DNA of 64,000 nucleotides from the human T2T-CHM13v2.0 reference genome, Homo sapiens: assembly GCF_009914755.1 (NCBI RefSeq), contig NC_060926.1. One strand, given 5' to 3'. The translations under genes were made by a program, and so were the position numbers. The notes below the pieces were generated by a model that saw only the letters and a list, made by a program, of their open reading frames with translations, had not been told where the DNA came from and did not search any database. Below, in pieces: positions 46,604-60,546 of the stretch. The stretch's first letter is position 1, and each line of letters starts with the position of its first letter.

Positions 46604-47919
46604 AGTATTTTGTTTTTTGATTAACTTCAAGCAAAATTATTCTTAGGTTTTATGTGAAGGCGATTTTGATCGGAAATATGTATCCTCCTGCTGTTTTATT
46701 TAACAAAATGGCTAGCTAGAGGCAGGCAGCAGCTCTGAGTTTTAGTAAAAATCTGTATTACAAACCAATTTGATTTTTCTTTGCCATCACCAATATGTAA
46801 AGTCACAGATAAATAATTCTGTTTAATAATTTTAAACTGCTTAGGTTATAAATTTGATTTGATTAAATAAAAATTAAGCTTCATTCTACTTTGGACCTTT
46901 ATATGAATTAGCAGCAAAACTGGTTCTAGGACTGGAGATGACTAATAGCATGCTTCAAATATCTCTTTTCAAATTTATCAGTGATGGAGATTGAAAGGTA
47001 AGATTTAACTTAATAGGCTAGAAAGAGAGAAATCCATTTTATTTGGCCATTAATATTGCATTATAAACTCAAGACTCAATATGCAGAGCTGATAAGTTTG
47101 CTTCTTCCTTTTTACCTACTTTTGTGAAATGCATACCAAAGGGTGGGGTGTACATCAAGATTCCATGACTTCTAGCTGGTACTTACCATAAAACTTTCAG
47201 TCAACACCAGCTTCTAGGATCTAGCTAGATAGAATTGTATTGGTGGGTGATATCCTCATAAGCTGTGATGTTGATGGGCACAAAAGTGACAGAGAAGAAT
47301 CAAGAAGTTATGCTTCTGGGCTAGTGAATTTACAGTATGTAGGACAGTTTATGTATGATTTTGTTTAGTCAATGATATTCAGAGTAATGTGTGTAGTTAT
47401 GCAAATTGTTGATTCCAAATGTTAACAAGGATGTAAGAATAATAATTAGTACATGTTTTCAACTTTATTGCATTTTTATATCCATGACTATATGTGCTTT
47501 CACAGCTACCTGGGAGATAGACAGATCAGTTATGAGTAATTCTATTTATAGATGAAGAAAACCGATATACTGGCTGTTAAGGGATTTGCTGAGTGTCTCA
47601 TACCACATTGCTCGCAACTCTGAAACTAGGGTCCAGAGCTCTTCTAGCCAATGCTTTCCTCCTAAACCGCATTGAGGAGTGATGAGTTTATGAAAGGAAT
47701 TACGGGAAGGCCTACTTTGACCTTGAATTAATTTTAAACCTTAAAGAGCTATATTTTAGTATACCAGAGGGGATTATTACTGATTATCAAACAAGATTTT
47801 TAAATCCTTAGTGAACAGTGCCCTCCAGGAGAAAAACTCACATATATACACAAAAAGATGTGTATAAAGTTTTAAGTGTTGCATTATTACTAGTAGCAAA
47901 AAAATTGGAATCAGCCTAA

Positions 47920-48279
<360 letters not shown>

Positions 48280-49126
48280 CATCGGACTGAGTAAATAAAT
48301 AGGTACATATTCATAAAGTATAATACTACCCAGTGATTAAAGTGACTGAACTAGGTAGGTAGGTAAGTGGGTAAGGTAGATAGGTAGATAGATAGATAAA
48401 TAGAGTTTAAAAATCATAATGTTTAATGAAAAAAGTAAGCTTACAGTATAAAACCTAAGTATGATATCATTTTTATAACTAAACATACAGAACCTGTATA
48501 TTGCTCATGGGTATCTATAGGCATATGACCAATATTTAAAAATAGACTGGAAGGAAACCCATCAAATAGTGGTCACCTCAGGAGAGAGGAGTGGGATGGG
48601 ACAAGGGTCACAAAGGGATTTCACATGAATAAGAAAAAACATAAACAGTGATCAATTATTTGGTATTTACTATATTAATCTCTGAAAGTGTTACGTAGGT
48701 TAAAAACTATCACAAAAGTTGGGGGTGGTGCTGGTAGATAAAGCAAGGGGACCTCAAGGGAAGTAAGGCACTTATGGCTATACCCCAGTGAGAACTATGT
48801 GCCTGACACTGAGCAGAAGTCAGAGGTGTTTATTCTGGAAGTGCTGTCTTTGGCATTTAAGAAAAGCAAGTATGTGTATTAGGTGGGCCCATTTGGTAAC
48901 ACTCCTCACTCTGGCAGGAAGTAGACTTGAACTATGGAGATCACTTTATCCCAATAGTTCTACAGTGGCAGGAAAAGCCTGGGGACCTGGACTGGACTTC
49001 CTGTCCCTGTCTCTGAAGTCTCTGAACATATCACGTGATAAGATTGTGAATGAGCCATGCTTGCTGCCCGCTTTCTGCTACATTATTTGCTGTCTTAATG
49101 CTTAAACTCTCTTGATAAATTTCTAG

Positions 49127-49223
49127 GCATGAGAGGATGCATACCAGAAGACCTTATCATGTGGAAGATGCTGAAAAATACTGCCTTGAGGATGATTTGG
49201 TCAACCTAGAGGTTCTGGATGAG
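49127..49223 (+). CDS. MYO3B: MYO3B coding exon (~exon 10, 97 nt): [32 protein letters not shown], linker and start of motor
   Basis: Acceptor ttctag ending 49126, donor GAG|gtacta at 49224. DDL..L..L.E is the myosin motor N-terminal signature. Confidence 0.95.
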
Positions 49224-50182
49224 GTACTAAATATTTAGTAGACAATTCTCATTGAAGACATTTGTTTCATGTGAATGGTCTGAACTTTCTGTTGTAGACC
49301 ATGTCCTCCTAAGGTCATTTGAAAATTTAATTGTTTGTGTAGCTATGGGATGAAGTTCAGGGAGCATTCAGTTGCTGTGACTATGATCCTGTGCTGTGTT
49401 TATTTAGATAGCCCCTAGAATGATGAAGAGAAAAGGATTTGGATTTTTGCAATAAAGCTCTTTATATTGTAGCCTTAATGATGGATTATATCAGCTGAAA
49501 ATATTTTGTTTGATAAAATTTGATAAAATATTTCAATTAACCCTTAAGAAGTTGTTTGTTCTTCATAAGAAAGAGCTTCATTTAGGGAAATAGTGAAGTT
49601 AATATAGCTTGAATTCTAAATTTGAAGTCTGTGATAATCCCCATTTAAAATATGCATGTTTAATAGAGCTGTTAATTGCACTGGACCTGTTTATGCTGAG
49701 TCTAACTCTGGGGATTGTTACCTTCAATGTCTAAATCACTAAAGTGTAATACAAAGTGGTTAATTCTGTATTTATGCCACCTAGGTTTTAAGTGCAGTGC
49801 TTTGAGAAATTAACTTACCATTCTGTCGGTGCTCTATCAGTAGGAACAGCCTATTAAATAAAATTTTAAATACAACATTTTGACTGGTTGAGATGAGTTT
49901 TTTTTCACAATAACAAGTAAAATCTTTGTTGGATATCTCAGTGTCTTTTAGCAAGTCCTAAGTGGGCCTAATTCTTTCAGTGTATTCCTATTTTTTCTTT
50001 CAAGGCAAATATTGGCATTGTTTTAATGAATTGGGATCATTAGGGTCATTGTATGATTTAAATGGACTACTTTCATCGTTTAGAGAAAGATGTTCTTGGA
50101 AGAATAAATTTGTTGTCATTTTTAGAATCTATCCCTTGACTGGGAATAATATTTACCTCAATACCATTTATCCTCTTCTTAG

Positions 50183-50299
50183 GATACAATTATCCATCAG
50201 TTGCAGAAACGTTATGCAGACTTGCTAATTTACACATATGTTGGAGACATCTTAATTGCCTTAAACCCCTTCCAGAATCTAAGCATATACTCTCCACAG
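50183..50299 (+). CDS. MYO3B: MYO3B coding exon (~exon 11, 117 nt): [39 protein letters not shown]
   Basis: Acceptor ctcttcttag, donor CAG|gtaagg. Myosin motifs IYTY.G.IL...NPF and IY. Confidence 0.96.
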
Positions 50300-50819
50300 G
50301 TAAGGGATGTTTTAAGAGCATACTGCTCCTTAATAGGAAATTAAAACTCACAAGGGCAAATGAAGAGAAAGAAAAAGTAAGAATAAAATTATGCTACCCT
50401 AGATGTATATACTCCAAACTGCAGATAGTAATGTAATACAAATGGAATTTTTACATCTTGAGAATACCTTTTTAAAGCAAACTATAGCAATAATAGTTAA
50501 CATTTATTGCGTGCTTACTGCGTGTTAGACACTGGGTTATCTCACTTTTTCACACCCTGTGGGACAGGTACTGTTGTTAAACCTAGTTGGCAGACAGGGA
50601 GACTTAGCATAGAGTGAACTCCCTCTTACTAGCTCATGAAGCCAGTAAGTATAGAAGTGAAATTTGAACTCAGTCCTGCAGGCTCCAGAACCTATACCCT
50701 ACAGTCTTCCTAATGCAACAAGTACCCTAATAAGTGACAGATTCTTGGTTTCATGGGCAATAGGTAGTGGAGTATTAGATGGTCCAGGGGAGAGTTTCCT
50801 TTAATTATTTTTCCTTCAG

Positions 50820-50924
50820 TTTTCCAGACTTTATCATGGGGTGAAACGCGCCTCCAATCCCCCCCACATATTTGCATCAGCAGATGCTGCTTACCAGTGC
50901 ATGGTTACTCTCAGCAAAGACCAG
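50820..50924 (+). CDS. MYO3B: MYO3B coding exon (~exon 12, 105 nt): [35 protein letters not shown]
   Basis: Acceptor ttccttcag, donor CAG|gtaaga. Myosin motif PPHIFA.AD.AY..M. Confidence 0.96.
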
Positions 50925-51834
50925 GTAAGAACTCACCTTCCTTTCCTACGGAGTCACCCAGTTAAGACATGTTGTGTCTTCCTCGTCAACTCCTAAGTCT
51001 TCCTGAAACCTTTCCATTCCGGTTGCTGGTGCTGACCCAAAGAGACAGGAGATGAAGTGGCAGCTCTGTGGAACTTGAGCATAGGTAAAGCCATAGCATC
51101 GGGAGAATGTGAAAATGCTTTTCAAGAAACATAAAACAGTCACATGAGGCGCGCTCATTTTCTCTGATAAGATATAATAAAAATGTCTCTAATATGAATA
51201 TGATGAGAACAGTGCAAACGCAACCTGATTACATGGCAGTGATTGTAATAAAAATAGCATATAGAATGGCATAAGTGAAATTCTTTCCTATTAAGGTCTT
51301 AGAATTTTCATGATTCAGTCTTTTTTGTATGAAATATTGCACAGAGGTTGACAGTGACCATGCACCACACCATTTAGCTGCTGAAAAATTGTGATAGATT
51401 GGGTAGAGAATGAACAAACCTTAAACTCAATACTAAACACAGGCTCATCCATTTTACCTTTCTAGCCTTCTAATTCACATTGCTCATATATCTAATCTTT
51501 CATCCCTTCTTTACTTTCAATAGGTATATTTTTCTTTGTTTCTTTATTCTGTTTGAAATAGAAGTAGTCTAATTTGGCAAGCAAATTTTCTGAGGGTATC
51601 AATGTGTGGATTTCCTAAGATCTGGGAAAGTCCCAGCTTTGGGGTTTGTTGAGTAATAGATGACATTATAACAACATAGATTATAAAATGGAATACATGG
51701 ATTCACTGTAGCTTAGAAACTTAGCTCTTCCAAATTCTTACCTTTCCCAGATACTTGTAAAATGTCCATAGATTTCATAGGGAGGAAGTAAATGGAGAGA
51801 AATATATATCGTTTTTAAGTTAAGAAGTTGCCTC

Positions 51835-52630
51835 ACTGTGTTGTCTTTTTTGACACCACTTCTGACACCAAATGTTGTATTTTTTCCAGCATGAACCAAT
51901 TCTCCAACACCAACTGGGTGCCCAACAATTCAGTTCAATTCTGACACTACCTGGAGTTAGCACAGACTCCACAGATTAAGCGATTAGTGCCACAAGACTG
52001 TTCCCACTTTAGATGCCAGCTGCAAATGGAGTACCTAGGCTTCTCACACATCTGCCCAGCCGAATACCAGTCCAGGGGTTCTTGTGACTCTCTTTAGGTT
52101 TGATAATTCACTAGGAATGACTCAAGGAACTGAGGAAAACACTTTACTTACATTTACCAGTTTATTATGAAGGGTATAACTCAGGAACAGCCAAATAGAA
52201 GAGACACATGGGGCAGGGTGTATGGGGGGAGGAAGGGGGCATGGCACACAGAGCTTCCATGCCTTTTCTGGACACATCCCCCTCCCAGCACCTCAATGTG
52301 TTCACCAACTCAGAAGCTCTCTGAATCTCCTTGTTCAAGAATTTGTATAACTTAATCTTTAAATCCCCTCTTCTTTCTAGAAGTTGGGAGGTAGGGCTGA
52401 AAGTTCCCACACTCTAATCACATGTTTGGTCTTTCTAATGACCAGTCTGAAGCTGTCTAGGGGGCTCACCTTGAACCACCTTCTTAGGAATAAACTGAGG
52501 TATGGTTGAAAGGGGCTCCTTGTGAATAACGAAAGATACTCCTACCACTCTTGGAAATCCCAAAGGTTTTAGGAGCTCAGTGCCAGGAACCAGGGACAAA
52601 GACCCAATATATAATTTTTATTATACCACA
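51835..52630 (-). mobile_element. Solo LTR, MER21-like
   Basis: 'ccacttctgacaccaaatg', 'aattcagttcaattctgacactacctggagttagcacagactccacag', end 'ccaggaaccagggacaaagacccaatat...tataccaca'. Confidence 0.85.
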
Positions 52631-53225
52631 TCCACTAATTTCCTTTATACCTAAAGAGCTCCTAGAAATGAATGATAAAAATATCAACAATACAATAAAA
52701 AATGGGCAAACAATACGGACAGGTCACGTAAAAGAAAAGCCTCTTAAGCATATGGAAGGAGGCCTCATTCATAATTTTTAAAATGCAGAATAAGGCTGCA
52801 CTGAGATACCATTTTTTTAACCTATTAGATTGTCAACAATCTAACATTCTGTTGTTGAGGCTACAGGAGAGCAGGCACTTTCACATATTGGTATAGTCCC
52901 TAGGAAAGCAATTTGGTAACGTGTGTCAAATTTACAAATGTATTTACCTTTTGATCCAACATCCCCATTTCTAGGAATTTCTCCTGCAGATGAACCTGCA
53001 TAAAAATATAATGACTTAAGTATAAGGTTATTCATTGCAATGTTGTTTATAATTACAAGGAAAAAACTCAAATATCCCAATATTGGACAGATTAAACAGA
53101 TTATGGTACATATGTACAATGGAACAACAAGTAGCTATACAAAAGGTTGAAGAAGGTCTCTATGTACTGAAATAGGAAGATGCCTAAGATCTATCTCTCA
53201 GTGAAAAATTAAGGTGTACAGTAGT
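52631..53225 (+). mobile_element. Old L1ME-like fragment
   Basis: 'ctgagataccatttttttaacctattagattg', 'tttgatccaacatccccatttctaggaattt', 'ttatggtacatatgtacaatggaac'. Confidence 0.75.
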
Positions 53226-53298
53226 GGATGTTATATGAAGCATGCAAGTTGCTTCTGTGCTATAAATTCTTCACTTGACGCTCCATTTTCTGTGCCAG

Positions 53299-53382
53299 TG
53301 CATTGTCATCAGCGGAGAGAGTGGCTCTGGGAAGACAGAAAGCGCCCACCTGATTGTTCAACATTTGACTTTCTTGGGAAAG
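53299..53382 (+). CDS. MYO3B: MYO3B coding exon (~exon 13, 84 nt): [29 protein letters not shown]-loop
   Basis: Acceptor ttttctgtgccag, donor AAG|gtattg. Walker A GESGSGKT. Confidence 0.97.
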
Positions 53383-54215
53383 GTATTGACTAATCTGCTT
53401 TACGTATTGTGGCGAGAAGTTCCTACAGAGTAACTGCATATTTGATAAATGATGGAAGTGCTGGGTTTTTTTTATTAAGGCTTACATAAAGACATTCCAT
53501 CTTTGCTACGTTTGCCTCCTGATAGCGAGGCCTCTTAAGATGTCAGCATGCTATCCTTCCTTCACGTAGGGAGGAGAATAATTCCAGCACAAATTTACTA
53601 GATTATCGGCAATTAATTTTCATGTTTTCAATGTAATAGAAACATTCAGCCATTAAGTAGTAAAAATGGTTAAGCACTAGGAACAGGATCAGGGAAAGCC
53701 ACTATAGTGATTAAAAGGATGTAAAATAGAAGCCTTTGAGCAAAAGTTGAGGGAAATGAAAATTTTCAGCTTGGTGAAATCAATATTGAAAGAATGAATT
53801 CAAATAGTCTAGTAGTTACTTACACTCTGAATTAGTGTACTAGGTGACTAAGAAAGAATGTATGGAATTTTTATAGATAAGGTTTATAGACTATTACGAT
53901 AAATGCCAGAAAAGTTACGGGATCTATTTAAAAATCTTTCTAAACTGGTTAGGTGTTTTATCTGTCAAGGATTTTAAATGAAATATGGCTGGATTTTTAA
54001 AACTGCTGTCCTAATCTAGCCAAATCCGATTCATATGCAGATCTGGGGAGTTGCTCATATGAGAAAATGATGCTGGTGGTTGATGCTAACGTCCCCCAAA
54101 TGGGGCTCTTTGTAAAAAGACCATGTGGATTTTGGTGGGCAAGGGATGGTGCCTGGCAACTTTGCTGGTGTAATGTTTCTGGAGTCTCTTCTTGACCGTT
54201 CTCTGTTTGGCACAG

Positions 54216-54418
54216 GCCAATAATCAGACCTTGAGAGAGAAAATTCTACAAGTCAACTCCCTGGTGGAAGCCTTTGGGAACTCATGCACTGCCATCAATG
54301 ACAACTCGAGCCGTTTTGGAAAATATCTGGAAATGATGTTTACACCAACTGGAGTTGTGATGGGGGCAAGAATCTCTGAATATCTCCTGGAAAAATCCAG
54401 AGTTATAAAACAGGCAGC
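54216..54418 (+). CDS. MYO3B: MYO3B coding exon (~exon 14, 203 nt): [67 protein letters not shown](A), switch I
   Basis: Acceptor gcacag, donor gtaggt at 54419. Motifs [22 protein letters not shown]. Overlaps ORF 54192..54422. Confidence 0.97.
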
Positions 54419-56327
54419 GTAGGTGCACTACTTTATCACTGTGTTTTTGCCCTGCAGTAAAAACTGGGAGACTTTGGAAATTTTAATGGTTCAGTTTTCA
54501 TTCTTGTTCTTAACATTCCGCTACCCTCCCCAAGGGCAAAGAATTATTTAAGCAAAGGATCAGTGGTAGTTTTTGACCTAAAAGAAATTAATGGAAAGAG
54601 TACAAAGGGCTGGGGTGGGCGTGCTTTAGGGATGGGTATGCTTGTTTCTCCTGAGTTGGTTGTGTCAGGTAGAATTTAGCAGCATTGCAGACATTTTTTA
54701 AAACCCTGAGGCCCCTTAAAATTGAACTTGTTGGTTAAAAAAGAAAAAGACACCAAGAATATTTCACATGTTAATTTTTTCCTTAGATTGAGACAGATAG
54801 AGAAAACAATTATTCTGTTTTTAGGGAAAGCATTTGGTAATAGAAATCAATAGCACAGACTTTGATCTGGGTTCAAATGCAGGTTCTGATACTCACTGTG
54901 TGACATTGGGCATTTCACTAACCTTCTCTGTGCCTCATCTGTGGAATGGAAATGCTACTAGTGCTGACCTCATGGGTTTGTTGTGAGGATTAACATGTTC
55001 ATTTATATAAAATTACTTAAAAGAATGCCTAGTGTGGTACACCCTATCAGTGTTAGCTACTCTTCCTATGATAATAATATAACCACTGGTGTGGTACATA
55101 CTATCAGAGTGTTAGCTACTCTTCCTATTATAATAATAACTCTTCATATAATAATAATAGCTATTATTATAATTGTTAATAATAATAGCTATTATTATTA
55201 TTGTAGGACACCAGAGTTTCTCAGGAGCATGGCTCCGCACTTCCATATTAATGCATTATTGAATCCCTGCTGTTTGCCAGTGCTGTGCTTTGTGTTGGCT
55301 TGTAAGAGCAAACTAAATAAAAAAGATTCTTGTATTCACGGGGCTTAGAGTATGCGGTATATGAGGAAGCAGTAGGGGAGGATCACAGGCATTAAACAAG
55401 TAAACTTAAATGTAGAACAATTGTAATAAGCACCAGAAAGCAAAGTAGGTGCTATTAAGGTGAAACGAGAGAAGGGAACGACACATAACCTAGTCTAGGG
55501 AGAAAGAGGGGCTCCCTGTATATGAGATCACAGGATCACCAGGAGTTAGGCAACGAGGTGGGGACCAGAGCAAGGAGGAAAAGTGGCAAAGATAAGACTG
55601 AGACCAAATCATGCAGGGCTTTGGAACCAGGATAAGGATCTCAAACTTTTTTCTAAGGGCAATAGGAAGCCACTGAACGTTTTCAAGCAGGGGAGTCACC
55701 ATACCCAACTTTCATTTTGAGATGATCACGCTAGCTTCAATGGGGAATGGATTGGGGGAGATGCAAGGATTGTGTTGACATGATTAGGAGGCTGTTGCCA
55801 GATTCATGTGAGAGAGAACGCTGGCCTAGACTAAGGCGGTGGCAGTGGAGATGGAGAGAAGATGAGGAGTCTGAGAGATACTGTGCAAGTAGAATTTACA
55901 GGAATTGTTCTGGGTTGAAAACCCAAGCATCTTCCTCTATCATGTACTTGCAGTTTCCTCACGCAGTAGGGACTGGCATGAACATTAAACAAATGAAAGA
56001 CAGAGTCAGAGTCATTTACGCTTCCCTGTGGCTTTTTGATTAATTTTTATGAGGTCCCCTGCTTTTGTCTCCCCAGGTTAGGGTGGTTTTAAAATTTAGG
56101 GAGCTACCTCTGACAGAATGGAAAGCATAGTGTTCTGTGTTCAAATGTAAAGTGGTCTTTTACAAAGATAATGTGAGGAGAGTTCTAGGTCACTTAATGT
56201 GATATGTTGCTTATTAATGTAAATATTCATATACCTTACTTTCCTCATATGCAACATGGGCATAATAATGTCAACCTCACAAGGCTGTTATGAGAATTAA
56301 ATGAGATGAAGAGAAGATGGGGCCTGT

Positions 56328-56640
56328 CCCAGTCCTGTTCATCTAACTGTTGGGATTCACCCCCTTCTGGGCACACTGTAGGGTTCCTGTGTGGCTGGGT
56401 GTGGTCATATAACTGGTTCTGGCAAGTGGGCATGTAATGGCAACCCTCCAGAGTCTGGCACAGTGTAAGATGGGGGCTGCTCTGCCAGCCACAGCCCATC
56501 AGTGACTGCAGTGAGCACAGCCCCACCGCTGACCTGCCATGGACATGTACTCTGAGCAAGAACTAAACCTTTATTGAGTTAAGCTACTAAGATCTGGGGG
56601 TGTTTATTATCATAACAAAGCCTAGCCAATCTTGACAGAT
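56328..56640 (+). mobile_element. MLT1I/J-like MaLR LTR
   Basis: 3' end 'aactaaacctttattgagttaagctactaagatctgggggtgtttattatcataacaaagcctagccaatcttgacagata'. Confidence 0.65.
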
Positions 56641-57266
56641 AAAGGGATGAAAATGAAACTGAAGTGATGCTAGGGATGGATGTCGGCAGGAAAAGCTTGG
56701 AAGAATTGAGAACTAGATGGATCTGTAGAAAAACTAAAGGAATGTAAGACTAAGATGGGCCAGCCAAAGCCTGCACATGTAACAGAGGTTAAAGAACAAG
56801 TGACATTCATCTCAGGCCTTTCGGTTCCTGTCTCAGTGAAGGGTGCCACCATCACTAGATGCTCAAGCTAGAAATCTAGGAGGCAGACTCTAGGTTTCTT
56901 TCCGTCACCATCCTCATTCAGTCTATTAGGATGTTCTTTTGGTTGTTTCTCCAGAATATATATAATATTTAAGCTTACCGTTATTCTCCATCACCACTAC
57001 CATTACCCTATCCAAGCTATTATGCTTTCTCACCTGGACCTCCTCACTGGTTTCCCTGTAGCCATCTTGGCTTCTTATAATGACACTCAGAGAACATGAA
57101 TCCCTTTAGTCCTGTATCCCTGGCACCTGGTATAGTGCCTACCATGACTGGCAATTAATATGTTTATTCATTGAATAGTCACATTTTTCTATTTATATAT
57201 ATCCTATAACATGTTGTATATCTTAAATATACACAATAAAATTTATTTTTAAAAAATAAAAATAAG

Positions 57267-57538
57267 GGCTGGGCACAGTGGCTCACGCCTGTAATCCCAG
57301 CACTTTGGGAGGCCAAGGCAGGAAGATAGCTTGTTTGAGACCAGCCTGTGCAACATAGTGAGACTCTGTCTCTACAAACACAAAAACCTTAGTGGGGGAT
57401 GGTGATGTGTGCCTATAGTCATGGCTACTTTGGAGGCTGAGGTGCAAGAATTGCTTGAACCCAGAAATTTGAGGCTGCAGTGAGCTATGACCTCACCACT
57501 GCACTCCAGCCTGGACAACAGAGTGAGACCCTGTCTCT
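57267..57538 (+). mobile_element. Alu (AluJ-like), small internal deletion, no poly-A tail
   Basis: Ends gagaccctgtctctta with no A-run. Confidence 0.9.
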
Positions 57539-58629
57539 TAACTAGATTTATTAGTTAAGTGAACAAGTGAGTGAGAAATGGCAAGTAGAGGCATCTAGAA
57601 TACAGGGCAGGGATAAAGAATGTCACAGAAGGGCTTTGACAGGATAAACAACCAAAGGAAGATGAGGAGACCCAGGAGAGGCTGAACAGAATGGGGGCCA
57701 TGCCACAAAGGTGGATAAGGGGAGAAGAAAGACGATTTCTTTTCATGGAGCTAGGTTGACCAAAGAAAAGATTTGCCAAAATCCAAGGGTATCTACAGAA
57801 GAGACTGTCCTCCTCCAGAGGAAAGAAGGGGATGTGGAGCAGTGCTTTTCAAACTCTGTGCTAAGGGACCACTTTTTAAAAAAAATCTCCAACCCATTTT
57901 GAACTAATACCTTTGTAAAATGCAATGCAAATTAATTATCAGAAAAATTATCATGCTCTTGGATGTCATGGCAATGTCACTTGCTATAAAACGTCTAGGC
58001 ATGTACTTACCAGTTCCTTCTCTTGTTAGAAACTGACAGCAGTCCACAGGCTATGCTCAGAGTAGCACCTATCTGAAAGGACCCTGGCCAGGGTAGCCTA
58101 AAAGAGGTGGATGGCAGGAGACCAGACTAATGAATGACATTTTGAGTAGTACTTTTAAGAATACCAGCTTGGGAGAGTGAAAAACCTCAGTTCTGGACCA
58201 ATTCTGCTCCCTAACCTGCTGTGAGACTTGCAGGCCACTTCCTGTCTAGGGCTCCAGTAAAGTAGAGGATTTGGCTGATGTCTCTAAGCTGGACCTCACT
58301 GTCTCTGAAGCAACATGTGGTACAAGCAGAAGGTAGTAGGCGTTTGGGCTGCAATAGAAAGAGCTCAACATATGTAACTTGAGCTGTTTCCTGTAAATGT
58401 CCCATTCTCTGAAACCTTTTGCTTGTCGTAAAGTGTGTTTAATAATGCAACATTATGACAATTACTATACTAATCCTATCACTATTCTGTAAGTGGGATT
58501 TATAATATTTAATTGCCTGAAAATACAAATTTGCCATGGAATAATCTTTTGTACAGAAAGGAAATGGTGTAAAATACTTGGGATGGGGAAGCCAGAATAT
58601 ATTATTACTAAAGTCTCTTTTTTTTTCAG

Positions 58630-58728
58630 GAGAGAGAAAAATTTTCATATATTTTACTATATTTATGCTGGTCTTCATCACCAAAAGAAGCTTTCTGATT
58701 TCAGACTTCCTGAGGAAAAACCTCCTAG
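58630..58728 (+). CDS. MYO3B: MYO3B coding exon (~exon 15, 99 nt): [32 protein letters not shown](R)
   Basis: Acceptor ttttttcag, donor AG|gtaagt. Myosin E.NFHIFY motif. Confidence 0.96.
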
Positions 58729-58982
58729 GTAAGTGTCAGGGGGGTTGGTTGTTAATTTTTGATGAATGTACGATTAGCAGTTGACAAACTTGGAAGTAAA
58801 TGGAGCTGTTTTCCTAACTGGAAACTCACAGTCTATTTAACTAAAGTGCCCAGGGTGAGGTGGCAGGAAGTATCCACCATTTTCATTGTCTAGAAAGTTC
58901 AAAAACTCAACTGCACATGGTTTATTTTTTTTCAGCCATTTGCATCATTATTCTACCACAGTATTAGACTATAAAGGAAATG

Positions 58983-59422
<440 letters not shown>

Positions 59423-59489
59423 ATGGAAATGCCTGTACTACTTTCCAAGTCAGTGCTCATTCTGTTTGGTCATGCTCCACTTCATTTAG

Positions 59490-59604
59490 GTACATAGCTG
59501 ATGAAACTGGAAGGGTGATGCACGACATAACTTCCAAGGAGTCTTACAGAAGACAATTCGAAGCAATTCAGCATTGCTTCAGGATTATAGGGTTCACGGA
59601 CAAA
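59490..59604 (+). CDS. MYO3B: MYO3B coding exon (~exon 16, 115 nt): [38 protein letters not shown]
   Basis: Acceptor ttcatttag, donor AAA|gtaagt at 59605. Phase continues from the previous exon. F..I...F.IIGF matches the myosin helix pattern. Confidence 0.94.
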
Positions 59605-59728
59605 GTAAGTGATGATCAAGAGAGGAACTCAAGTGACAATATTCTTATATGAATGTGAGTAAAGATGTGGTATTTCTCACTTGGGATAAGACACTTGCTT
59701 TCAAATGCCATGTTGGTCATGTTATAAG

Positions 59729-59886
59729 GTCTTGCTACTCAAAGTGTGGTCCCAGGACCAGAAACATTGTTATCACCTGAGAACTTATTAGAAATGCAGA
59801 CCCTGAGGTCTATCCAAGAATGACTGCATCAGAATATAATCATTTTAACGAGAAGTCCAGATGAACATCAAACTAGGGGAGCACTG
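59729..59886. mobile_element. MER5A-like hAT-Charlie MITE
   Basis: 'tgctactcaaagtgtggtccc...atcacctgagaacttattagaaatgcaga...cattttaac...gagcactg'. Confidence 0.75.
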
Positions 59887-60104
59887 TTTTAAGGACCATG
59901 TGCTGATAAATTGTTATCATTGTCATCAATTCATTACACGTGTAATAACAAATACCAAAACAATACTGTGGGTTTTTTTTCTGATTGAGGGTTCTTCCAA
60001 CCATTAAAGTGAACGGGGGGTAGGAGTACAGGAATATGTAGATGACACCCAAGTCACAGAAATATATTTATGCAAGTAGCTCCTTAGGTAACAAGACAAA
60101 CTAA

Positions 60105-60546
<442 letters not shown>

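Noticed and set aside
53620-53950. Possible L3/CR1 remnant, and similar faint repeat-like tracts at ~2960-3420, ~18250-18770, ~29000-29800 and ~62500-63900
   Set aside because: Too diverged to name or bound by eye; needs a Dfam HMM search.
58627-58632. NAGNAG acceptor (CAG GAG)
   Set aside because: The distal GAG is a poor acceptor and there is no evidence of use.
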